A stretch of DNA of 64,000 nt from Gulosibacter massiliensis (GCA_945949175.1 CAMFDU010000001.1:10500-74499), one strand, 5' to 3'. Shown: positions 19,334-30,267, numbered from the stretch's first letter. The notes: generated by a model not told the origin, from the letters alone. Numbers and translations are program-made.

Positions 19334-22294
19334 CTATTCAGCGAAGGCGGACGGGTCAGGGCAAGCGCATGCGAGATTTCGGTCGCCATAGGCGCCGTCT
19401 ACTCGGCGCACCGGCGGCCAGTATTTCAGCTGGTCTACGCGAGAGAATAGGCCAGAGACTGTGTCAGAGACGACACCGCGGAACGGATACGCCGCGACCT
19501 CACGCGAGTACGCGTGGTTCCACTCCCCCGCAACAAGACACTCGGCGGTGTGCGGTGCGTTGACGAGAGGATTGTCGTCCGCTGGCCAGTCACCGGCGGC
19601 GACGGCATCTGCTTCACGCTTGATGCCAATCATCGCCTCGATAAATCGATCGATTTCGGCGAGGTCTTCGCTCTCGGTTGGTTCGACCATGAGCGTTCCA
19701 GGGACAGGGAACGACATCGTCGGTGCGTGGAAACCGTAATCGACCAGTCGTTTCGCGACATCGTCGACCGTTACACCTGTTTCCGCGGTGAGCGGACGCA
19801 GGTCGAGGATACATTCGTGGGCAACAAGCCCGTTCTCACCCGCGTAGAGAACGGGGTAGTGTTCGCGAAGTCGCGCAGCGACGTAGTTGGCCGATAACAC
19901 TGCAGCGGCCGTCGCTTGGCGTAGACCGTCAGAGCCCATCATGCGAACATACGCCCACGAGATGGGCAGGATGCTGGGGCTTCCGAACGGAGCGGCAGTT
20001 ACGGGACCACCACCGTGGACGAACGGTCCGTCGCCACCGGTTGCCGAATCGAACGCTGGGTGAGCAGCGGACTGTGCCATTGGGTGACCAGGCAAGAACG
20101 GCGCGAGGTGCGCTTTCGCCCCAACAGGTCCAACACCGGGCCCGCCTCCGCCGTGGGGGATGGCGAAAGTTTTGTGCAGGTTGAGGTGTGACACGTCACC
20201 ACCGATATCGCCATAACGGGCGAAACCGAGCAGCGCGTTGAGGTTAGCACCATCGATGTAGACCTGACCGCCCGCATCGTGAACGGCACCCGTGATCTCG
20301 CGGATTCCGTGCTCATACACTCCGTGCGTCGAGGGATAGGTAACCATGAGCGCCGCCAGATTGTCTCCGTGCTCGGCAATCTTAGCTCGAAGGTCATCAA
20401 TGTCGACGTCACCGTTTTCTTTACACGCGACGACTACGACCTTCATTCCCGCGAGGACGGCAGACGCCGCATTGGTGCCGTGAGCACTCGACGGGATGAG
20501 GCAGGTGTCGCGGTGGTGATCGCCACGCGAGAGGTGGTAGCCGCGAATTGCCAGCAGTCCAGCGAGTTCGCCTTGGCTCCCCGCGTTCGGCTGGAGACTG
20601 ATGGTGTCGTATCCGGTCAGTTCAGTGAGCCACTCTTCCAATTGCGAGATCAGAAGAAGGTATCCCCCCACGTTCGTGGCCGGGGCGAACGGATGAATGC
20701 CTCCGAATTCACGCCACGTGACGGCTTCCATTTCAGTAGCCGCGTTGAGCTTCATGGTGCACGACCCGAGTGGAATCATTCCGCGGTCCAATGCGAAGTC
20801 CTTGTCGGCGAGACGCTTGAGGAAACGCATCATCGACGTTTCGCTGTGGTGTGTGTTGAACACGGGATGAGTCAGGATTTCGTCCGAACGACGAAGTGTG
20901 CTCGGCACGGCGGTGTCGGAAACCGTGGCAACCGTGGTCGATGCCGCTTCGGGCGTCAACCCAAAGATTGGGTCGATAAGCACGTCATCACCGCCGGCAA
21001 GAATTCCCGTTGCGAATCCGGTCGACAATTCATCGAAGCTGATTTGAATCGTGTCATCGTCCGCGACGTGGAGCAAAAGGCCGGCAGCATGCGCGGTCGA
21101 CGCGAGCGCTTTTGCCTTGCCTGGAACGCGAATCTGAACGGTGTCAAAGAACTCGGTGTGGACAACGTCGTGTCCGGCGGCGGCGGCGCGACGAGCGAAT
21201 CGGTTCGCCTTTTCCGCCACATCTATCGCGATTTGGCGAAGTTTGGCCGGCCCGTGATACACCGCGTACATCGCGGCGAGGACAGCAAGAAGCACTTGTG
21301 CCGTGCAAATGTTGGAGGTCGCCTTGTCGCGACGAATGTGCTGTTCGCGGGCTTGCAGGGTCAGGCGATAGGCGGGTCGACCGTCAGCGTCACGCGAGAC
21401 ACCGATGAGCCGTCCGGGCATCTGTCGTTCGAGGCCCTCGGCCACGGCGAAGAACGCCGAGTGGGGCCCGCCGAAACCGAGAGGGACACCAAAGCGCTGA
21501 GACGAGCCGATGACGATTTCCGCACCCTGCGATCCGGGCGAAACGAGCAGATTGAGAGCAAGCAGATCGCTGGCAACCACGACCACACCACCGACGTTCT
21601 TGACGGCAGCGATGTCAGCAGAGATGTCGCGGATGCGCCCGGATGAACCCGGATTTTGGATGAGTGCACCGAACGCACCGTCTTTCGCTCCATCGACGGC
21701 GTCACCCGCCGCGAAATCAACGAATTTGAGCGTGACACCGATTGGCTCGGCGCGAGTTTCAAGAACTGCTCGCGTCTGAGGGAATGCGTCAGCATCAACG
21801 AGGAAAACGTTTGATTCGCTGCCAGATACGCGGCGCGCCATCAGCATCGCTTCGGCCGCTGCCGAGGCTTCGTCGAGCATTCCCGCGTTCGCGGTGCCCA
21901 TTCCGGTCAAATCACACACCATCGTCTGGAACGTGATGAGCGCCTCGAGTCGTCCCTGTGAAATTTCGGGTTGGTACGGCGTGTACGCCGTGTACCACGA
22001 GGGGTTTTCGAAAACATTCCGCTTAATGACGCTCGGCATAATCGAGTCGTAATACCCGAGGCCGATCATGTTGCGCCCAACGGTGTTCTCGTTGGCAATC
22101 GCGCGAAGCTCAGCAAGCGTCTCGCGCTCGCTCGCGGCCGCGGGTATACGGGACAGGAATGACTCTTGGCGTATCGCAGCGGGGACCGCGGCATCCATCA
22201 GTTCATCAAGAGTCGAATATCCCAGCGAACCCAGCATGACGCTTTGTGAGTCGCCAACAGTTCCAATGTGTCGGTTACGGAAATCGCTCACCAT
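19334..22294 (-). CDS. gcvP: Glycine dehydrogenase (decarboxylating), glycine cleavage P protein
   Basis: 986 aa; ..[23 protein letters not shown].. and ..[21 protein letters not shown].. (PLP Lys region). Confidence 0.95.
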   Translation of the reverse strand: MVSDFRNRHIGTVGDSQSVMLGSLGYSTLDELMDAAVPAAIRQESFLSRIPAAASERETLAELRAIANENTVGRNMIGLGYYDSIMPSVIKRNVFENPSWYTAYTPYQPEISQGRLEALITFQTMVCDLTGMGTANAGMLDEASAAAEAMLMARRVSGSESNVFLVDADAFPQTRAVLETRAEPIGVTLKFVDFAAGDAVDGAKDGAFGALIQNPGSSGRIRDISADIAAVKNVGGVVVVASDLLALNLLVSPGSQGAEIVIGSSQRFGVPLGFGGPHSAFFAVAEGLERQMPGRLIGVSRDADGRPAYRLTLQAREQHIRRDKATSNICTAQVLLAVLAAMYAVYHGPAKLRQIAIDVAEKANRFARRAAAAGHDVVHTEFFDTVQIRVPGKAKALASTAHAAGLLLHVADDDTIQISFDELSTGFATGILAGGDDVLIDPIFGLTPEAASTTVATVSDTAVPSTLRRSDEILTHPVFNTHHSETSMMRFLKRLADKDFALDRGMIPLGSCTMKLNAATEMEAVTWREFGGIHPFAPATNVGGYLLLISQLEEWLTELTGYDTISLQPNAGSQGELAGLLAIRGYHLSRGDHHRDTCLIPSSAHGTNAASAVLAGMKVVVVACKENGDVDIDDLRAKIAEHGDNLAALMVTYPSTHGVYEHGIREITGAVHDAGGQVYIDGANLNALLGFARYGDIGGDVSHLNLHKTFAIPHGGGGPGVGPVGAKAHLAPFLPGHPMAQSAAHPAFDSATGGDGPFVHGGGPVTAAPFGSPSILPISWAYVRMMGSDGLRQATAAAVLSANYVAARLREHYPVLYAGENGLVAHECILDLRPLTAETGVTVDDVAKRLVDYGFHAPTMSFPVPGTLMVEPTESEDLAEIDRFIEAMIGIKREADAVAAGDWPADDNPLVNAPHTAECLVAGEWNHAYSREVAAYPFRGVVSDTVSGLFSRVDQLKYWPPVRRVDGAYGDRNLACACPDPSAFAE

Positions 22295-22666
22295 TTACTC
22301 CGCAATGAGTGCCGCGTAGGCATCGGCCGAAATGAGTTCGCCAAGACTCGAGACACGAACGGAAAAGAGCCAACCGTTGCCGTAGGGGTCTGAGTTGACG
22401 AGTTCGGGTGAGTCGACCACGGACTGGTTTGCTTCAACTATTTCACCAGAGACAGGGGCGAACAGTTCTCCGACAGACTTCGTCGATTCTGCCTCTCCGA
22501 CGACGCTGCCGGCGGTGATTGCCTTGCCCGCTTTGGGGAGGTCGACGTAAACGATATCGCCCAGAGCGTCGGCGGCGTATTGCGTAATGCCAACGACAGC
22601 GAGATCGCCGTCAATTCGAACCCATTCATGTTCGCTGGTGTACTGAAGTTCGTTGGGGATGCTCAT
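22295..22666 (-). CDS. gcvH: Glycine cleavage system H protein
   Basis: [36 protein letters not shown]...ESTKSV (lipoyl-Lys motif). Confidence 0.93.
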   Translation of the reverse strand: MSIPNELQYTSEHEWVRIDGDLAVVGITQYAADALGDIVYVDLPKAGKAITAGSVVGEAESTKSVGELFAPVSGEIVEANQSVVDSPELVNSDPYGNGWLFSVRVSSLGELISADAYAALIAE

Positions 22667-23775
22667 GAGAGTGCCTTTCGAGAATAGAAGGGAAGTGAAA
22701 CAACGGTTGCGGGGATTGCAGTTCCGCGGACATCGATGTCGACCACGGAACCAAGTTCGGCAAAGTCGGGTTCGATGAGCGCGAAAGCGATGGGGTAGCC
22801 GAGGGTCGGCGACAACGCACCGCTCGTCACGTTACCGATAGTGCGACCGTTCGAATGAACGGCGTAGTCGGCGCGACCAGATCGTTTTCCGTCCGACCGA
22901 AGTCCAACGAGGACGGCGGCACCGGCAGAAACTCCGGCTATGACGCCATCCCGTCCGACGAACGAGTCCTTGGTGAGGTCTACCGCGCGAGCGGCATTGA
23001 CTTGGACGGGCTTCAGGGACGTGTTGAGTTCGTGGCCGTACAACGGCATCCCGGCTTCCAATCGGAGGGTGTCGCGGCAGGCAAGCCCGCATGCCTGAAG
23101 CCCCCGCGTCTTACCGGAGAGCGTAGCCGCCTGCCACAATTCCGCGGCGTCTGTTGCGGGAATGTAGATCTCGAAACCGTCTTCACCCGTGTAACCGGTC
23201 CGCCCGATTAACACCGCGGTGCCGCGGAACATCGCTGACAAGCAGCGGTAGTAACCGAGTTCCGCAAGACCTTCTACTTCGAGCCCGTCAATGTTGTCGA
23301 GGATGTCAAACGAGTTCGGCCCTTGAATCGCGATGAGGGCGACGGTGTCGGAATCGTCACGGACAACACACTCAAATCCGCGTGCTCGTTCGCGAATCGC
23401 CTCGATGGCGACGAAACGGTTGCCCGCATTGGCGACGACCAGGAATTCTTCATCGCCCGTTCGGTACACCACGAGGTCGTCGAGAATGCCCCCCTCCTCA
23501 TTGAGAAGAAGGGAGTACTTTGCTCGACCGAGGGGGATGTTAGAGAGTGTTCCCGAGAGAGCAAAATCAAGCGCAGCCCCCGCGCCTGGTCCGACCAACA
23601 TAATCTCGGCCATGTGTGACAAATCAAAAATTCCGGCGGCGGTCCGAACAGCGTGGTGCTCTGCAAGATCAGACGAATAACGAACCGGCATATCCCAACC
23701 GGCGAAATCGGTGAACGACGCTCCGAGCGCGCGATGAATAGTGTCGAGCGGAGAGAGTTTGAGAGATTCAGGCAC
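22663..23775 (-). CDS. gcvT: Glycine cleavage system aminomethyltransferase T
   Basis: ORF 22663..23865. ..[45 protein letters not shown]... Start placed at GTG 23773-23775 with GGAG 5 nt upstream; other in-frame GTGs lie just upstream. The stop overlaps the gcvH start (ATGA). Confidence 0.88.
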   Translation of the reverse strand: MPESLKLSPLDTIHRALGASFTDFAGWDMPVRYSSDLAEHHAVRTAAGIFDLSHMAEIMLVGPGAGAALDFALSGTLSNIPLGRAKYSLLLNEEGGILDDLVVYRTGDEEFLVVANAGNRFVAIEAIRERARGFECVVRDDSDTVALIAIQGPNSFDILDNIDGLEVEGLAELGYYRCLSAMFRGTAVLIGRTGYTGEDGFEIYIPATDAAELWQAATLSGKTRGLQACGLACRDTLRLEAGMPLYGHELNTSLKPVQVNAARAVDLTKDSFVGRDGVIAGVSAGAAVLVGLRSDGKRSGRADYAVHSNGRTIGNVTSGALSPTLGYPIAFALIEPDFAELGSVVDIDVRGTAIPATVVSLPFYSRKALS

Positions 23776-23825
23776 GAACACTCCGAAAGTCAACACGTAG
23801 CCGAGGATCGGCGACGGGACTCCCC

Positions 23826-23992
23826 CTCTGTTTCTGTGCCTGAGAGTTTCGCGCGAGTTGCACACTTTCCCCTACGGCGGAAGCCTGGGCTTCGCTTTCC
23901 AGAGTGACCTGACGGTGCGGTACACGGACCTGAGAGATTGGCGGGGAGGCTTGCTCCTTCGGTGACCGGCTCGAAACCGGTCTCTCCCGCAT
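23826..23992 (-). promoter_or_regulatory. Tandem glycine riboswitch (gcvT leader)
   Basis: Minus strand. Aptamer 1: GCGGGAGAGACCGG..GCCGGTCACCGAAGGAGCAAGCC..CTCTCAGG. Aptamer 2: CTCTGGAAAGCGAAGCC..GGCTTCCGCCGTAGGGGAAAGTG..CTCTCAGGCA. Both match the recalled glycine-aptamer core (GGAGAG...ACCGAAGGRGCAA...CTCAGG). Position upstream of gcvTHP is canonical. Confidence 0.8.
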
Positions 23993-24078
23993 CGATGAGC
24001 GGTCATCTTAAGTTGTGTTGAAAGTCTAACGCCAAAACAGCTCAAGAGGCAGGACCGACGCGAGGCTGTTCCAGTCGG

Positions 24079-25275
24079 TTAAGTGCGAGCCACTTCCGGA
24101 TCCGGGCGAGTGACCGAACTGATCGACGCGGCGCCGACCAAGAGAATCACTGGTACGAGGAAGGCGCCGAAGATTCCGGTCACCAGCGCGATTCCACCCA
24201 ACACAGGACCCACCCCAAGATTCGCGAAGTACACCCAGGTCCAGAGCGTACTTTGGGCTTTGGTGAGCGTCGCTTTGTTGTCCGAAACGGAAGAAACACT
24301 CATGGCGATCGTGAGCGAACCGCCGACGCCCCAGAAAAGTACCGCGACGTATTCCACGGGCGCAAAGGGCACAAACGAAAAGAGACCGACCCCGATCGCG
24401 CACAACAAGGACGAATACAACACGACCGCGCGACGGCCAATCCGGTCAACGATGCGGCCACCCACAACTCGAGATAACGCCATGCCCAGCGAATAGAGCG
24501 TGTAAGCGAACGCGGCTTCCGCGGGCGATCGACCCGCCTCTGTCAGGGCGAGCGGGATGAAAATTGCCGCCGCGCCCTCGGCGAAAACGAAGACGAACGC
24601 GATCATCGAGATAAGGATGGTTCGGCGTCGCCCGGCGGGAGTCTGAGTGACTCGAACGGGTTTCGCCCCCGGTTCGTGGTCCGGGTGTTTTCCGTGGTGT
24701 GGCGGTAAGCCCGCTACCCGATAGAGCGTCCAACCGCCAATCAACACGGCGGTTGCGACCAACTGAACCTCTACGGGGATCTGGGCGAGGATCAAGAGGC
24801 CGGTGAGAAGGGCTCCGATTAGGACGCCAATGGAATAACCGCCGTGCAGCATGGGCAATTTGCTCTTCACCGATGCGCGGTCTAATTCCGACGCTTCGAT
24901 GTTCGATACATAGTCCGCAGCACCGAAGGGCAGCCCGAAAAAGAACAACGCGACAGCGGTGGCAAACATTGATTGGGTCTGTAAACCTACGATTGCGCCG
25001 ATGAGGGACAGTGGCATCACGATGTAGGTACCGATGGCTAAAAACCGCGAGCCGTAACGTTCAACAATGGCACCCGAGAAGATGACACCGATGATTGCCC
25101 CGGCGGCGAACACGGTCGCAATCACACCCATATCACCGATAGAGACCCCGAGTGTGTCACGAACATCGGGTCCGCGACTCGTCCACGATGCATAGAGAAT
25201 ACCGCGGCCGAAAAACATTGAGAATACGGTCAGAAACCAGACCGACGGGCGGTACTGGCTAACCGTTTTTGTCAT
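24079..25275 (-). CDS. MFS transporter
   Basis: 398 aa, 12 predicted hydrophobic helices; ..GRIVDRIGRR.. MFS loop 2-3 type motif. Confidence 0.8.
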   Translation of the reverse strand: MTKTVSQYRPSVWFLTVFSMFFGRGILYASWTSRGPDVRDTLGVSIGDMGVIATVFAAGAIIGVIFSGAIVERYGSRFLAIGTYIVMPLSLIGAIVGLQTQSMFATAVALFFFGLPFGAADYVSNIEASELDRASVKSKLPMLHGGYSIGVLIGALLTGLLILAQIPVEVQLVATAVLIGGWTLYRVAGLPPHHGKHPDHEPGAKPVRVTQTPAGRRRTILISMIAFVFVFAEGAAAIFIPLALTEAGRSPAEAAFAYTLYSLGMALSRVVGGRIVDRIGRRAVVLYSSLLCAIGVGLFSFVPFAPVEYVAVLFWGVGGSLTIAMSVSSVSDNKATLTKAQSTLWTWVYFANLGVGPVLGGIALVTGIFGAFLVPVILLVGAASISSVTRPDPEVART

Positions 25276-25297
25276 GGGTTCACCCTACCAATGTCAA

Positions 25298-25335
25298 AGG
25301 AGCGGGACTCCACGCTCCATGAAAGCCCCGCTCCT
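25298..25335 (-). terminator. Possible terminator hairpin after the DUF1801 gene
   Basis: Minus strand: AGGAGCGGG-(20-nt loop)-CCCGCTCCT followed by TTTG. The long loop and short U-tract make this a weak call. Confidence 0.3.
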
Positions 25336-25410
25336 CTGGGCAATAACATCTCACGGCCGCGATGTGTCGACGTGTCACCACACGGCGCTGTGGACAACTC
25401 GCGTCCGAGA

Positions 25411-25785
25411 CTATTCCGGCCGTTTCCAGTCCCCGTCGCCCTCTAGGACTCGCATTTTTGCTTCGATCAACGCGGCGATGAGATCGTCCGATAACGGCTC
25501 GTCCAGCGCGAAATGCAACGAACTGAGGGTACGAACAAAACCCTCCAACTCACGATCGAGTTGACTCAGCACTCGGCCGCTGTGGGGAAGAAAGGCGAGG
25601 TGATTCTTGAACGCCGCGAGCCCGGCCACCACTTTTCCCGCCACCGCGAAGGCGGGCATCTGATAGGAAATCTTCTGTTCCGCGTTCGGAACTATGGCAA
25701 GAATGCGGCGCCGCATCTCTTCCAGCGTCGACCTTTTCGGTTCGGGTAGAGCAGAGATGTAGGCGTCGATATCGGCAACGCTCAT
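25411..25785 (-). CDS. DUF1801 (YdhG-like) domain protein
   Basis: MSVADIDAYISALPEPKRSTLEEMRRRILAIVPNAEQKISYQMPAF...FKNHLAFLPHSG matches the recalled DUF1801 pattern. Confidence 0.75.
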   Translation of the reverse strand: MSVADIDAYISALPEPKRSTLEEMRRRILAIVPNAEQKISYQMPAFAVAGKVVAGLAAFKNHLAFLPHSGRVLSQLDRELEGFVRTLSSLHFALDEPLSDDLIAALIEAKMRVLEGDGDWKRPE

Positions 25786-25815
25786 GGCGTTCCCACTGCT
25801 CTGGGTTGAGACACT

Positions 25816-26460
25816 TTACTGCCCGTTTTCAGCGAGAAAGGTGTCTACTGCCAGCTGCAACATCAAAATGTCGTCGTCCGATGGGATTCCGTAGGTGACT
25901 TCGACGGTGGTTTCGCCCCAGTCAGCGTCGATATGTTGCTGCACAATCAGCCCGTTCGACACGCTGTATGTGGCGACAAAGGGGTCTTGGTCAGGCCCTT
26001 GATCCAGAGTCGTTTGAAAAGTCCCGTCAGTTTCATTGAACGTGAGGCCAAGGTCGACTTCTTGGCCCGCTTCCTCTGCCAGCGAGTAAGTATTCGACGC
26101 GTTGCACGCGGCAAAACTGTCGGTCTCCCAGATCAGCGCAGGAACACCGTTCTCGTCGACGAAAACGGCACTGAAGTCCTGGTACGCCATTGAATCTGGC
26201 ACGAGGATAGCTTTTTGCGTGCCGCCCCAACTGCTTTCGACCACCCCTTCGGCGTTGGCCTTGTCACAACTGGCGTGGGCTATTTCGCGGAACGCTTCTG
26301 TGACATCCACGGGTTCAGCGGTGATCGTCGATGTCGGCGACGTGCTTGGTTCGGTCGTCGTTGAGGGCGTTCCTGTCGGCGACGAGTTCGCGCATCCTGC
26401 GAGCAGCAGGGCAGCCGCGAGCGAGGCGGGTATTAGGGCGACGAGAGCCTTTCGGGACAT
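25816..26460 (-). CDS. Hypothetical secreted lipoprotein
   Basis: ORF 25816..26502. ATG 26458-26460 gives MSRKALVALIPASLAAALLLAGCANSS (lipobox) followed by a Thr/Pro/Ser linker. I recognise no family. The start overlaps the upstream stop (TGATG). Confidence 0.7.
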   Translation of the reverse strand: MSRKALVALIPASLAAALLLAGCANSSPTGTPSTTTEPSTSPTSTITAEPVDVTEAFREIAHASCDKANAEGVVESSWGGTQKAILVPDSMAYQDFSAVFVDENGVPALIWETDSFAACNASNTYSLAEEAGQEVDLGLTFNETDGTFQTTLDQGPDQDPFVATYSVSNGLIVQQHIDADWGETTVEVTYGIPSDDDILMLQLAVDTFLAENGQ

Positions 26461-26903
26461 CAGACCCACGAACCGATGATGAGGCCCGCTACCGTGAGGC
26501 ACACGATGTCTTGTCCGACCTCAATCAGCCACACCCACACAGCATGAACTTGGTTGTGGTTGTGTTGACCGAACTGTCGATGGCTGAACGACGAAGCAGC
26601 TCCGATGCCAAACCCGAGAAGCGCGCCGATCGCGGCACCCCCGACCGCACCGATGGTCGGGTCAACCGCCTGGGCAAGGTTGATCACGATTGCGAGGGTC
26701 ACAGCCTGTACGACCGCGCCCACGAATGTCCCACCGAACATCAGTGCCGTCGAACCGGTCGACATCTCGACGCGCTCGGTCGGCATCGTCCGACCCTGGG
26801 CCTTCATCCACACGGGGTAGAAAGTTTTGGGCATGAACCACACCGCACCGATGATGAAGGACGACACAGATGCGGTGACAACCGCGAGCCAGTTGATTTC
26901 CAT
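26460..26903 (-). CDS. DUF1761 family membrane protein
   Basis: MEINWLAVVTASVSSFIIGAVWFMPKTFYPVWMKAQG matches the recalled DUF1761 N-terminus; 4 hydrophobic segments. Confidence 0.7.
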   Translation of the reverse strand: MEINWLAVVTASVSSFIIGAVWFMPKTFYPVWMKAQGRTMPTERVEMSTGSTALMFGGTFVGAVVQAVTLAIVINLAQAVDPTIGAVGGAAIGALLGFGIGAASSFSHRQFGQHNHNQVHAVWVWLIEVGQDIVCLTVAGLIIGSWV

Positions 26904-26931
26904 GCACACAGCCTAGGTGGTGAATGAGTCC

Positions 26932-27396
26932 CTAATCGGAAAGGAAAATTTCGAGGTTATCGAAGTACGACTCCATGCCAGCCTGTGCCTGTTCAGCCTC
27001 ACCGTCAGGTAATTGCCCGAACTGCGCAAATCGCGCCCACGTTTTGCCCCCGCGCGACTCGATGTCGATCTCGATGATGTGACGGTCGGGGGTTTCCACT
27101 CGCGCCGCGAACTCGGTGACGTCTTGTGTGTAATTGAGTGAGTGCACCAATCGCGACTTGTCCACGACTTCACTGTATTTGCCGAAGAAATACGCGACAA
27201 AACCGTTATCCGGAACGTCGACGGCAACTGTCCACCAACCACCGACAGTCGGTTCGGACACAACGGATCCCGGCAGGACACTCAACACAGTTGGGCAGTA
27301 CCACTCCTCGAGTGATGGCGCATCTGTCCACGCGTGCCACATCGCGTCAATGGGTACTGCGAACTCGCGTTCGACTGAATAGAGAAACTCAGACAT
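26932..27396 (-). CDS. SRPBCC (AHSA1/START-like) domain protein
   Basis: MSEFLYSVEREFAVPIDAMWHAWTDAPSLEEWYCP... is typical of Aha1-like SRPBCC proteins. ATG 27394-27396 overlaps the ychF 3' end by 8 nt (ATGTCTGA). Confidence 0.72.
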   Translation of the reverse strand: MSEFLYSVEREFAVPIDAMWHAWTDAPSLEEWYCPTVLSVLPGSVVSEPTVGGWWTVAVDVPDNGFVAYFFGKYSEVVDKSRLVHSLNYTQDVTEFAARVETPDRHIIEIDIESRGGKTWARFAQFGQLPDGEAEQAQAGMESYFDNLEIFLSD

Positions 27397-28462
27397 TAAA
27401 ACGGAACTCCACGACGTCACCGTCGTTCATCACATAGTCCTTGCCTTCGATCCGCGCTTTGCCCTTGGCGCGGGCTTCCGCGACGGATCCGCATTCGACG
27501 AGGTCCGCGTAACCCACGACTTCGGCCTTGATGAATCCTTTTTCGAAATCAGTGTGGATGACACCGGCGGCCTGCGGGGCTTTCCAGCCTTTGCCGATTG
27601 TCCACGCGCGTGCCTCTTTCGGGCCGGCGGTCAAATAGGTTTGCAGCCCGAGCGTGTCGAATCCGATCCGCGCTAGTTGGTCGAGTCCGCTTTCGGTTTG
27701 CCCCATCGACGACAAGAGCTCGCGGGCGTCCGCCGGATCGAGGTCAATCAATTCGCTCTCAACCTTCGCATCAAGAAAAACGGCCATTGCCGGCGCAACG
27801 AGCGCGGCAAGTGCAGCCTTCTGCGCATCGTCGGTGAGGACTCCCTCGTCGACATTAAAGATGTACAGGATCGGTTTTGCGGTAAGCAAGCCGAGTTCCC
27901 GAATGGGGGTCGCATCGAACTTGGCTTGAGCAAGCGTCTGTCCAGCGTCCAGAATCTTCTGCGCCTCGACGGCGGCAGCAAGAACATCGGGCTCCATCTT
28001 CTTGCCCTTGACCTCTTTTTCGTATCGCGGAATCGCTTTCTCGAGCGTCTGCAGGTCAGCAAGTATCAACTCGGTGTTGATGGTTTCAAGATCGTCTTTG
28101 GGGTCGACCTTGCCCGCAACGTGAACGACATCAGTGTCGGCAAAACCGCGAACGACCTGGGCAATGGCGTCCGACTCGCGAATGTTCGCGAGAAACTGGT
28201 TCCCGAGCCCTTCCCCCTCTGACGCGCCTTTGACGATTCCAGCGATGTCGACAAATGACACCGGCGCAGGCAGAATTCGTTCACTGCCGAATATCGTGGC
28301 TAGCACGTCGAGCCGTGGATCGGGAAGGTTGACGATTCCGACATTTGGCTCGATTGTGGCGAACGGGTAGTTCGCTGCGAGCACGTTGTTGCGGGTGAGC
28401 GCATTGAACAGTGTCGACTTTCCCACGTTGGGGAGTCCGACGATGCCGATGGAAAGAGCCAT
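27389..28462 (-). CDS. ychF: Redox-regulated ATPase YchF
   Basis: MALSIGIVGLPNVGKSTLFNALT...ATIEPNVG...C-terminal ..WTIGKGWKAPQAAGVIHTDFEKGFI.. Confidence 0.95.
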   Translation of the reverse strand: MALSIGIVGLPNVGKSTLFNALTRNNVLAANYPFATIEPNVGIVNLPDPRLDVLATIFGSERILPAPVSFVDIAGIVKGASEGEGLGNQFLANIRESDAIAQVVRGFADTDVVHVAGKVDPKDDLETINTELILADLQTLEKAIPRYEKEVKGKKMEPDVLAAAVEAQKILDAGQTLAQAKFDATPIRELGLLTAKPILYIFNVDEGVLTDDAQKAALAALVAPAMAVFLDAKVESELIDLDPADARELLSSMGQTESGLDQLARIGFDTLGLQTYLTAGPKEARAWTIGKGWKAPQAAGVIHTDFEKGFIKAEVVGYADLVECGSVAEARAKGKARIEGKDYVMNDGDVVEFRFNV

Positions 28463-28482
28463 TTGGCAAGTCTAGGCGAGGG

Positions 28483-29367
28483 TCACGGAGCGCTTCGCGC
28501 AGAGCGATTCGCGAAGCTGACGCCCAGCAACACCAGGGCCCCTCCCGCGAGTTGTGTCAAAGTGACGGCACCTCCGAAGGCGACAACTATCAGCGCGGTG
28601 AAAACCGGAATCAGGTTGAGGAATGCACCCGTCCGCGTTGGTCCGATGAGGTTGGACGAAATGTTCCAGAGGAAGTAAGCGCCTGCGGACGGGATGAAAC
28701 CAATCCACAAAATGCCGAGCCAATCAAAGCCGTCGAGGCTCATCCATGCGCCGTTTCCTAGAGCGATGTCGATGACCATGACGGGAATCATCATGATTCC
28801 CGAAATGCCCGCTTGAACCGCGGTCGCCGTGATGGGAGGCGTTGCGATGCGAGGAGACACCATCGAGTAAGCGGTCCACAACACGGTGGCCACCAACAAC
28901 AACACGTCTCCGTAAGAGATGGTGAACTGCCCGGCGATTCCGGATCCCAAGACGACGATGACGGCACCGACAAACGAAATTGCAATTCCGATTACCGTTC
29001 GGGTCGACAGGTTTTCGTGAAGAAAAAACCGCGCTGCAATCGCGATCGTCGCGGGGTTCAACGACACAAGAACCGCCGCCGTCACGGGTGACGTTACTCC
29101 GAGGGCGTAGTAAAGCAGAAGGGTGTAGCCGACGTAGCCCAGCAGCGCCTGCACAACATGGGTCTTCCATTCGCCCACGATTACGGCACGATTCGCTTTC
29201 TCCATGATTAAGGCAAGCGGCACAAGAATAACGAGGGCGATGAACCACCGCACACCAGTCAATTGAATGGGGCCAATCGCTTCCAAAACCACGGGAGAAA
29301 AGGCAAAGTTTGTCGCCCAGAACGCCATCGCAAACACAACGGGAACGTAAAGTCTGGCAGAGCGCAT
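28483..29367 (-). CDS. DMT (EamA) family transporter
   Basis: 294 aa, 10 hydrophobic helices, two EamA-like halves. Confidence 0.85.
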   Translation of the reverse strand: MRSARLYVPVVFAMAFWATNFAFSPVVLEAIGPIQLTGVRWFIALVILVPLALIMEKANRAVIVGEWKTHVVQALLGYVGYTLLLYYALGVTSPVTAAVLVSLNPATIAIAARFFLHENLSTRTVIGIAISFVGAVIVVLGSGIAGQFTISYGDVLLLVATVLWTAYSMVSPRIATPPITATAVQAGISGIMMIPVMVIDIALGNGAWMSLDGFDWLGILWIGFIPSAGAYFLWNISSNLIGPTRTGAFLNLIPVFTALIVVAFGGAVTLTQLAGGALVLLGVSFANRSARSAP

Positions 29368-29404
29368 CTCGCCAGCGTAGCGTTACAAATGCGGGGATTG
29401 TCTA

Positions 29405-29418
29405 TTTGTTCGTACAAT
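29405..29418. promoter_or_regulatory. Candidate operator palindrome TTTGT-TCGT-ACAAT upstream of the GntR gene, overlapping a TACAAT -10-like hexamer
   Basis: 5-nt inverted arms with a 4-nt spacer, the same architecture as the sites at 35314 and 39717. It lies 43-56 nt upstream of the regulator's ATG. Confidence 0.35.
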
Positions 29419-29460
29419 GTGACAGCACGGTACTTTTGTTGGTTAACGGAAGGGTGGCTT

Positions 29461-30213
29461 ATGAACGACAACGTCATGGCGAACCTCTTTTCCGACCTCG
29501 ACCGCTCGGGGCCCATTCCGCTCTACTACCAAGTGGAACAGCGAATCGAAAAGGCGATTATGGAGGGCGCACTCCCCGCGGGTGCTCGACTCGAAAACGA
29601 AGTCGCCCTCGGCGAACGCCTCAACCTCAGCCGGCCGACAATCCGTCGTGCAATTCAGGACCTCGTCGACAAGGGACTGCTGGTTCGCCGTCGTGGCGTC
29701 GGTACCCAGGTCGTCCATGGGCGAGTCACACGCGGTCTCGAACTAACGTCGCTATTTGACGACCTCAACAAAGGACAACAGAAACCCACGACAAAACTCT
29801 TGTCTTACTCGGCAGACAAAGCAAACGACACAGTGGCCGATCGTCTCGGAGTTCCGCTTGGCTCGCCGGTTTTGCATATCCGCCGTCTTCGCATCGCGAA
29901 CGGCGTGCCCGTCGCGGTGCTCGAGAACTGGTTGCCCGAACACTTCCTCGACATTTCCGAAGGCGAATTAACCACATTAGGTCTCTACCAAATCCTTCGC
30001 GGTCGTGGGGTCACCATCCGGGTCGCAAAACAGAAAATCGGTGCACGCACGGCCAACGCAGCGGAAGCCGGACACCTGGACATCGACCGTGGTGCGGCGC
30101 TGCTCACGATGGAGCGCGCGGCCTTCGATAACTCGGGTGTTGGTATCGAATACGGTTCACACTATTACCGACCCGACCTCTATTCGTTCGAAGTCACCCT
30201 GGTCGAGAAATAG
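29461..30213 (+). CDS. GntR family transcriptional regulator, HutC subfamily (UTRA effector domain); probable IolR-like repressor
   Basis: ORF 29263..30213; ATG at 29461. PLYYQVEQRIEKAIMEGALPAGARLENEVALGERLNLSRPTIRRAIQDLVDKGLLVRRRGVGTQV is the GntR wHTH. The C-terminal ..LHIRRLRIANGVPVAVLENWLP.. resembles a UTRA domain. Confidence 0.88.
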   Translation: MNDNVMANLFSDLDRSGPIPLYYQVEQRIEKAIMEGALPAGARLENEVALGERLNLSRPTIRRAIQDLVDKGLLVRRRGVGTQVVHGRVTRGLELTSLFDDLNKGQQKPTTKLLSYSADKANDTVADRLGVPLGSPVLHIRRLRIANGVPVAVLENWLPEHFLDISEGELTTLGLYQILRGRGVTIRVAKQKIGARTANAAEAGHLDIDRGAALLTMERAAFDNSGVGIEYGSHYYRPDLYSFEVTLVEK

Positions 30214-30222
30214 CGCTTAAAC

Positions 30223-30258
30223 CAGAAAGCGGCGCAGTCTAAACCGCGCCGCTTTCTG
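30223..30258. terminator. Bidirectional terminator hairpin between convergent genes
   Basis: Perfect 13-bp inverted repeat CAGAAAGCGGCGC-(10 nt)-GCGCCGCTTTCTG followed by TTTGTG on the plus strand. Confidence 0.65.
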
Positions 30259-30267
30259 TTTGTGAAT

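Noticed and set aside
20279-21646. 455-aa plus-strand ORF
   Set aside because: It is antisense to gcvP (986 aa, strong motifs). The composition is Arg/Gly/Val-rich with no recognisable domain. Shadow ORF.
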